A DNA stretch of 63,350 nucleotides from Lachnospiraceae bacterium (lineage in GTDB: Bacteria; Bacillota; Clostridia; Lachnospirales; Lachnospiraceae). The stretch is taken from NCBI GenBank assembly GCA_017558865.1, contig JAFYTM010000103.1:1-63350 (forward strand), written 5' to 3'. Every line of letters starts with the position of its first letter. Position 1 is the first letter of the stretch. Positions 56,874-63,350 of the stretch are shown here, in pieces. Under the pieces are notes generated by a model, which did no database searches, had not been told where the DNA came from, and saw only the letters and a list, made by a program, of their open reading frames with translations. The position numbers and the translations under genes were made by a program.

Positions 56874-59800
56874 TTACCATTTTGCACTGATTTTTTCGTA
56901 GATCGCCATGAACCAATCCAGTATATAGATACTGGAAGTATCCTCAGATTCCAATTCCTCCACTCCAATCACAACAAACTGGTTCATCTGATCGGTAGAC
57001 GCATACAGCATATCACCAGAGCGTCTTGTCTCACATACCTTTAATCGATGCTCTGAATCAACACTGGCAATCGTCAATACCGCATTCTCGTACCCTTCTG
57101 GAATCGGTATACCAATCTCCACATCCCCATTCGATTTTACATAGGTACTTCCATTCATCAACTTCATATCATAAGAAACCAGTACCGTATGATCCTCACC
57201 AAACATTTTTCTGACGTTATTGACGGTAGCAGAGCTGATCTCCACCTGTTCCGCTGCCAATTTCGTCTGAGGTGCAATACTTTCCCAATCGGAAGATACT
57301 ACCGTACCGCACGAACCATCCTCCAGAACACGACTTTTATATGTGGTACCTTCTACCGCTTTATCTCTGTCCAGTCCTGAGCTGTCCGTATCTCTCAGCT
57401 CTTCTTCTGCCAGTTTAGCTTCCTTTTGAACCCTGATCTCCACTGCCGGTATCTTCTCTACGACATAGTTCCATACTCCCACATTGGAAAGCTGAAGATC
57501 TTCTCTGTAGGAAACAGCTTTGATCGTAACAGAACGACTGATCGTGATACCATCCTCCTGATACAGCAGCATATCATCCAGATTCGTCAAAGAAGGCACT
57601 GTTCCATCTGTGGAATAATAGATCTCTGCATCCGGCGTATTCGTACGAAGAAGCACGATCGTCCCCGGTTCCAGTACGCTCATATCTGCCAGATTCGCTG
57701 ATGGAGCTTCTGCTTTTGCCGCTGCCACATACTGCCAGTCTGCCACTTCACTGATTTCACCGTCTTTAGATACGGCAATTGCTTTCAGTGTTGTTGTCCG
57801 ATTGATCAGAATCGGTTCTGAGTACAGGGAGGAACTTTCGGTCGGTGTCGTTCCATCTGTCGTATAATAAATTTTCTCACTTCCAGAGCTTAGTGTCACT
57901 CTGGCTGCTACCGTCAGCGTTCCGCCTGCTGGTGCTGCTGTCGGAGCATTCGGAACCTCTTTGATCTTGTAGGTAAACGCCGCAACAACCCCAGCTTCCC
58001 CATCTATAACTGCAACCGCCTTGATGGTAAAGGAGGTCCCTGGTACTCCAGTGATCGTAACGGTTGTTCCTTTTATACCGCTTTCTGCCGGAGAGGAGCC
58101 ATCTGTTGTATAATGAATCTCTGCGCCGGATACATCCGTCATAAGATTCACCTTCGTACCATTGGATACCAGTGAACCGCTCTCCACATCCGCGGTCACG
58201 CCGCCGGCACTCTGACTGAACTGATAAGTGAACGTAACGACTTCACTTGCAGACTTATCATCCGCAGCCGCATATGCCTTGATCGTAATCTGACTTCCAG
58301 CTTCCCCATTCAATGCAATCGTTGTACCGGATACCACTGCTTTATTGGCACTGTCCAGAGGATCGCTTCCATCCATCGTATAATAAACGGTCGCTCCATC
58401 CGCTGCCTTTAATGTCAATACCGTACCGCGTGACACAATCGAACCACTTTCTATAGAAGGAACTGGTACCGACAACTCCTCCATCGGAAGATAGGTCAGC
58501 TCCAGAATACTGCTCTTCACACCGCCTTTCGCAGCAAATGCACGGATGGTTGTCTTCTTCGTAATGACGAACGGATAAGTATCATCGTATATCGCACTGG
58601 AAAGTGTCGGTTCCTCCGGGACTTCATCCCCATATGCAACCGTATAATAGATCACTGCATCTTCTGTCTTATTCATCAGATGTACTTCCGTATCCAAAGC
58701 TACATATCCCTGACTTATGTTTGCATACGGTGTCACTACAGCATCCGGGAACGTATAGACCAGATGGACTTCCTCACTTTTTGCCAGACCGGATTTCACA
58801 GCCACTGCACATACTGTAAAAAGTCCGCTGTGTCCTTCTGGTACAACAATTCCCTTTTCAGACTCGTATAACATTGTTCCTTCTGCTGCCTGATAACTGC
58901 CATCTTCATTTTCCGTCAGACGGGGGGAAGAACCATCCAGTGTATAATAGATCATTGCCCCTTTTGTCAGAGAGGACAACAAAATCTTACTGCCAGGCAT
59001 GACAACTGCCGGAGCATCTGTCGCTGTAGCCGGAATAGCCGTCGGTGCCATCACTGCTTCCTGTGATGCAATCACATACTCATAAGTAACAACAGCACTG
59101 TCGAGCATTCCTTCTTTTTCCGCCTTAACACTGATCGTATATCTCGCATCATATTTCCCGTTCACTACTACACCAGAAACTGGAATTTCCGTCCACACAG
59201 ACTCTCCCGGAAGTCGATAATACAATGTCACTCCCGGTGTCATACAGGAAAACAACAACGATGATCCAAGCTCTACCTTTGTAGCTGCCACATTGTCTGC
59301 ATCTTCCGCCTTTCTGGTTTTCAATGATGCCTCCGGTGCTGTCACCTGCTGCTGTGCTGCTACAGAATAAATATATTTTCTTTCTTCTGCAGGCTTGCAT
59401 CCATCCTTTAATACAACTGCATAGATGCGCATCAACGTTGCTTCAATATTACTCAAAATAATTTCCGAAGAATACACCTGCATATCTGTCAAAGAAGTAC
59501 GATACCATCTGGAACCAGCCTGATAATATCTATATCCACCTTTCACTTCCTCATCCTGTACACCACTCGGAAGATCCGTCACTCGCTCCAGCGTAAAGTC
59601 CGTACTGCTGCCCGGTCTTGCATACAAAATCCTTGCGTTTTCTGTCCTGGTAGACAGCTTGACTGTACTTCCTGATTCCACTGGAGCTGCACCCGTATCT
59701 CCCTCTGTCTCCTGCCCGGTATTTGGAGTTACCGATACAGGAAGACAGGAATCCGCAAATGTATAATGAAATTCCTGAATGCGTTCCAGACTGTGATCAT

Positions 59801-62800
59801 CCTTACAAGCTGCCACATAGACATAGACTGCTGGTTTCCCCTCCTGTTTCAAAGGAATAAAGCTGTCTTTTTCATAGGATGTCCAGGTAAAATTATCCGT
59901 TTTGTGACTGCTGGATATCTCATATTTAAGATCATAGCTGTCACCTCTGCATTGCAGCTTCATAAGATCACCATCTACAACAACTCCTTCATTCTGGATA
60001 TCAGACAAATCATTTTTTGTATAATAGATAGAAGAAGTCAATTCCACCGCATCTGTCACTGTCAACTGCCCATAACGATAGATCGCATCTTTATAATTTT
60101 TTCTGGATACTTTTACATACAGATAATAGGTTCCATTATCAGAAAGTGAAACGGTTCCATTATAATTTTGTGCACCAGATAAAAGTGCTGCATTCATACC
60201 AATATATCTGCCATCGTCCTCATCCCAGTCCACCTCTGCTCCTAATACAGCAGGGGAAAGCAGGTACTGAAAATTATAATTGCTGACGTCATTTTCCATG
60301 GATATCTTCAGCTTCTGACCAGACTGCAGTACAATACCCGATGTAAAGGGTTGATATTCTTCGATACCTGACATCTTATAACCACTCTGATAAGTCACGA
60401 CCGGTTTGGGCAAAGGTTTTCTGTCAGAGGAATCAAATGACTTTTGTTCAGAAGTCAGATAAATACGACCATCTGCCACCAATACAAGACGATAGCTTAC
60501 CTGTTCTTCAGTGAAATCAAGAAGAATCTTGCCTTCTGCATCAATCGTCAGTTTATTTGCAGCATTCGATGGAATACCATTTCCATTCTTCTCATAATAA
60601 ACATCCATGCCTAATGCAGATGTCGGAAATACTTTAACAACGATCTTATTATCGATACTCTTTGTATCCCATGTAAGTGTACTGTCAAAAAAGATATCTT
60701 TATATCCCTTCGTATCATATGGATACACAAAAGCAGCATCTTCCAATGCCTTCGCATCTGTACAATAATGATAATATCCATCCGTTGCATAGGCACTTAA
60801 TATGCGGTAAAATCCGCTGCTGCCAAGATCCAACGCAGGATTTGCCCCCGTGTTTGCTGTCAGATAAATAGTGTCTTCACTGGCATCTGTGATTGCTTTT
60901 CTCGCATTATAAGCGATTGCATAGGAGGATACTGGGCTGTGGCTGGATATGGTAACATTGACCTTATCCTGTGCAGGTGTATCATATGTAAAATATGTTT
61001 CATTTGCAGACTCTTTCTTCACGAGCCATGCAAGGTCAAAATAAGTCTTCGCAGTGCTTCCACCAGAGCCATCTGACTCATATCTGGTATAAGCAGACCA
61101 CCGGGAATTATCAGGTTTTGTTCCCGATGATGAATTTACAGAATCACTTACTGTCACACTACCCTCACCAGTATACGCAGCATTCCCATCTGCAGTTCCC
61201 AGCAAGTACAAATCAGAAAGAGCGCCGGATACGGCATTTCCTGCAATACCACCGGTCTTAATCAGTGCTCCATTCTCCGGTTCCGCTCCAGATGCTGCAT
61301 TTCCAATCAGATCAACATCCTGTTTTATCTCTGTAATTGTTCCTTTACTGTTTCCGACAATTCCTCCGATATACAGATGATTGCCAGAATAACAGTCTGC
61401 CGCTCCCGGTGTTGAGTCATTATTTAAAGACACATTTCCTGTCTGAGCCTGACCAGTCACATCACCAACATAGGTATAATACTTTGTATTACCATAGATA
61501 TCTGTCTGTTCAGAAGGTGTCACTGTCACTTTTAACTCATATGCTTTTTTATAAGAAGCATTTTCATCTCCCGGAGCCAGCTCTACTGTACCAGTCAGAA
61601 CCTTTTCTTCCCCTCTTTTTAATACAATGTCCGAAGTTGTATCCCATGTGATGGCTTGCGAAACACCTCCAATGGAAGCCAAAATACCGGATACCGGAAT
61701 CGTCACCCTTGCATCAGTTACCGGGTTCGTAACAGATACATTATTTTTCATAGACAAGGTATATCTGACCTGTGCATTACCATTTGCTAAATAGTTAATT
61801 TTCTCAGGAGTTAACTTTAACTGTATAGGATCAGATGAATAACTGCCCGCTACTGCGGACGCTGAAGTATCTATAGTAGTTGTATCTATTGATGTTCCCG
61901 TTGCACTGCCACTTTTTTGTACTGTTTTATTATAGGATAATGTAAAATTAAGTGGAGTTGACGCTATATCATTAACTTTATAAGTATATATCCCACCAGC
62001 AGCAGGTAATGTCGCATTCTGCAATCTACTCGTCCATTCACCATTATTAGAAGTACAGGATAGTGTTGCAGCCGGTATATCATTTCCGCTGTTATTACTT
62101 ATATTAACTGTATAGAGCGTATGAGCAGAACTGTTTTCATTCTGTACCTTCATTGCATAGGCAGATATGTTAATATTTTCTGTGGTTTCCGTTCCTGTAA
62201 CTTCCGTACCACGAATCATTATCTTTTGTGCATATAAGGTATCATATACAGGTTCATCATAAGTTAATTCAAAATTGACATTCCTTACATCTCCACCCGT
62301 AATAGTATAAGTATACGTATACGGAGCATTCTGGGATGTCAACTGACCAATGTTTAAGGTCGGACCAGATGTTTCATTCCCCCACTTACCAGAAGGATTA
62401 CTACAAGTTAATGCTGCTCCCCATATAGAAGTATTATCACTCTTATCCACTTGAACTGTATATACAGTCTCGTTCTGATTTTCTACTCCATTGGCAGTCA
62501 CTGTAATTCCATCACCTGAATTTGCTTTATCATTTCCCGCAATCACGCCACTGGCAGCTATTTCCTTACCACCAGGACAATAAGACAACGTAAATTTAAC
62601 CGGATCAAATGGATCAGACACCGATTCATCCAAAGTATAGGTATAGCTTGCCGTAGCATTATTAGATAATTTATCACCATCTGTTAATCCACTATTCCAC
62701 TGTGTACCATTCTCGTCACAACTTAATGTAACACCAGTAATTTCGGCACCACTTTTGTTCTCTACCTGAACAATATATTCTGTTGTTACTTTATCTCCAT

Positions 62801-63350
62801 CGGTACTCTTCATTCCACTGGTTGCTATCGCAACACCATCACCTGTATTTGTTTTCGTAATACATCCATCTACAACTACTTCCTTATTGTCACTATCTTT
62901 AGAATAAGACAAAGTAAATTTAACCGGATCAGACACTACCTCCTCTATAGTATAAGTATAGCTTGCTGTATTCTCAGCACCTAATTTAGCATCTATTAAT
63001 ACATCATCCCACTGACCCGTACCATTCTCGTCACAACTTAATGTAACTCCAGTAATTTCGGCACCACTTTTGTTCTCTACCTGAACAATATATTCTGTCG
63101 TTATTTTATCTCCAGCAGTACTCTGCATTCCACTGGTTGTTATCGTAACACCATCATCTGTACTTGTTTCCGTAATACATCCATCCACAACTACTTCTTT
63201 ATCTAAAACATATGACAATGTAAATTTTACCGGATCAGACACCGCCGCATTTATAGTATAAGTATAATCAACATCATCACCAGCAGCTATTTTTTTGTTT
63301 TCACCAATTCCAGACCAAGAAGCATTACCATTTGTACCCTCACAATTCAA
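56874..63350 (-). CDS. Giant surface protein (5' end outside the window): Ig-like repeats, GLUG-like motifs, Fn3-associated repeats
   Basis: Open frame to the window edge (at least 2158 aa); YIGGIVG and TGGIAG motifs; about 6 YT.DG..P-type repeats; C-terminal part paralogous to 52536-56804. Confidence 0.85.
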   Translation of the reverse strand: MNCEGTNGNASWSGIGENKKIAAGDDVDYTYTINAAVSDPVKFTLSYVLDKEVVVDGCITETSTDDGVTITTSGMQSTAGDKITTEYIVQVENKSGAEITGVTLSCDENGTGQWDDVLIDAKLGAENTASYTYTIEEVVSDPVKFTLSYSKDSDNKEVVVDGCITKTNTGDGVAIATSGMKSTDGDKVTTEYIVQVENKSGAEITGVTLSCDENGTQWNSGLTDGDKLSNNATASYTYTLDESVSDPFDPVKFTLSYCPGGKEIAASGVIAGNDKANSGDGITVTANGVENQNETVYTVQVDKSDNTSIWGAALTCSNPSGKWGNETSGPTLNIGQLTSQNAPYTYTYTITGGDVRNVNFELTYDEPVYDTLYAQKIMIRGTEVTGTETTENINISAYAMKVQNENSSAHTLYTVNISNNSGNDIPAATLSCTSNNGEWTSRLQNATLPAAGGIYTYKVNDIASTPLNFTLSYNKTVQKSGSATGTSIDTTTIDTSASAVAGSYSSDPIQLKLTPEKINYLANGNAQVRYTLSMKNNVSVTNPVTDARVTIPVSGILASIGGVSQAITWDTTSDIVLKRGEEKVLTGTVELAPGDENASYKKAYELKVTVTPSEQTDIYGNTKYYTYVGDVTGQAQTGNVSLNNDSTPGAADCYSGNHLYIGGIVGNSKGTITEIKQDVDLIGNAASGAEPENGALIKTGGIAGNAVSGALSDLYLLGTADGNAAYTGEGSVTVSDSVNSSSGTKPDNSRWSAYTRYESDGSGGSTAKTYFDLAWLVKKESANETYFTYDTPAQDKVNVTISSHSPVSSYAIAYNARKAITDASEDTIYLTANTGANPALDLGSSGFYRILSAYATDGYYHYCTDAKALEDAAFVYPYDTKGYKDIFFDSTLTWDTKSIDNKIVVKVFPTSALGMDVYYEKNGNGIPSNAANKLTIDAEGKILLDFTEEQVSYRLVLVADGRIYLTSEQKSFDSSDRKPLPKPVVTYQSGYKMSGIEEYQPFTSGIVLQSGQKLKISMENDVSNYNFQYLLSPAVLGAEVDWDEDDGRYIGMNAALLSGAQNYNGTVSLSDNGTYYLYVKVSRKNYKDAIYRYGQLTVTDAVELTSSIYYTKNDLSDIQNEGVVVDGDLMKLQCRGDSYDLKYEISSSHKTDNFTWTSYEKDSFIPLKQEGKPAVYVYVAACKDDHSLERIQEFHYTFADSCLPVSVTPNTGQETEGDTGAAPVESGSTVKLSTRTENARILYARPGSSTDFTLERVTDLPSGVQDEEVKGGYRYYQAGSRWYRTSLTDMQVYSSEIILSNIEATLMRIYAVVLKDGCKPAEERKYIYSVAAQQQVTAPEASLKTRKAEDADNVAATKVELGSSLLFSCMTPGVTLYYRLPGESVWTEIPVSGVVVNGKYDARYTISVKAEKEGMLDSAVVTYEYVIASQEAVMAPTAIPATATDAPAVVMPGSKILLSSLTKGAMIYYTLDGSSPRLTENEDGSYQAAEGTMLYESEKGIVVPEGHSGLFTVCAVAVKSGLAKSEEVHLVYTFPDAVVTPYANISQGYVALDTEVHLMNKTEDAVIYYTVAYGDEVPEEPTLSSAIYDDTYPFVITKKTTIRAFAAKGGVKSSILELTYLPMEELSVPVPSIESGSIVSRGTVLTLKAADGATVYYTMDGSDPLDSANKAVVSGTTIALNGEAGSQITIKAYAAADDKSASEVVTFTYQFSQSAGGVTADVESGSLVSNGTKVNLMTDVSGAEIHYTTDGSSPAESGIKGTTVTITGVPGTSFTIKAVAVIDGEAGVVAAFTYKIKEVPNAPTAAPAGGTLTVAARVTLSSGSEKIYYTTDGTTPTESSSLYSEPILINRTTTLKAIAVSKDGEISEVADWQYVAAAKAEAPSANLADMSVLEPGTIVLLRTNTPDAEIYYSTDGTVPSLTNLDDMLLYQEDGITISRSVTIKAVSYREDLQLSNVGVWNYVVEKIPAVEIRVQKEAKLAEEELRDTDSSGLDRDKAVEGTTYKSRVLEDGSCGTVVSSDWESIAPQTKLAAEQVEISSATVNNVRKMFGEDHTVLVSYDMKLMNGSTYVKSNGDVEIGIPIPEGYENAVLTIASVDSEHRLKVCETRRSGDMLYASTDQMNQFVVIGVEELESEDTSSIYILDWFMAIYEKISAKW
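62580..63260 (-). repeat. Intragenic direct repeats of about 300-320 bp (~100-105 aa)
   Basis: GTACCATTCTCGTCACAACTTAATGTAAC at 62704 and 63019 (offset 315 bp); DPVKFTLSY occurs three times. Confidence 0.85.

Noticed and set aside
63348-63350. Start codon of the 2158-aa protein
   Set aside because: It coincides with the window edge in the middle of a repeat, and no signal peptide is seen; the gene almost certainly starts further upstream.

Overview
Almost all genes lie on the minus strand, and gene content points to an acetogenic Lachnospiraceae (Blautia-like) chromosome (inference). The window has three blocks. (1) 1-7.5 kb: housekeeping genes (partial mreB, radC, DUF4321, two flavoproteins, DUF2750, a PucR/CdaR regulator), plus a complete type I toxin-antitoxin module missed by the ORF track. 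(2) 7.6-27.3 kb: a contiguous Wood-Ljungdahl cluster (rnfC2-metV-metF | His-rich protein-cooT-cooC-cooS-cooC-acsB-acsD-acsC-acsE-acsV-DUF3786 | fhs-fchA-folD) with recognisable promoters, Rex-like boxes and intercistronic hairpins. (3) 27.5 kb to past the right edge: a headless contractile injection system (CIS) operon. It encodes a DUF4255 cap, DUF4280 PAAR-like tip, sheath, two tubes, a tail-assembly chaperone with an apparent programmed -1 frameshift, a 1290-aa repeat protein, a LysM tube initiator, a split VgrG-like hub and spike, gp25 and three baseplate proteins. Tightly coupled upstream is an envelope module: a TM-MORN protein, a HAMP/degenerate-cyclase sensor, a TM pseudokinase, a fibre/adaptor-like protein and two giant paralogous Fn3-associated-repeat surface proteins. 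No capsid, terminase, integrase, lysis or AAA+ ATPase gene is seen in the window. The best candidate for an undescribed system is this possibly membrane-anchored, signal-gated CIS in a monoderm bacterium. All family calls come from motif recognition; no database search was run.
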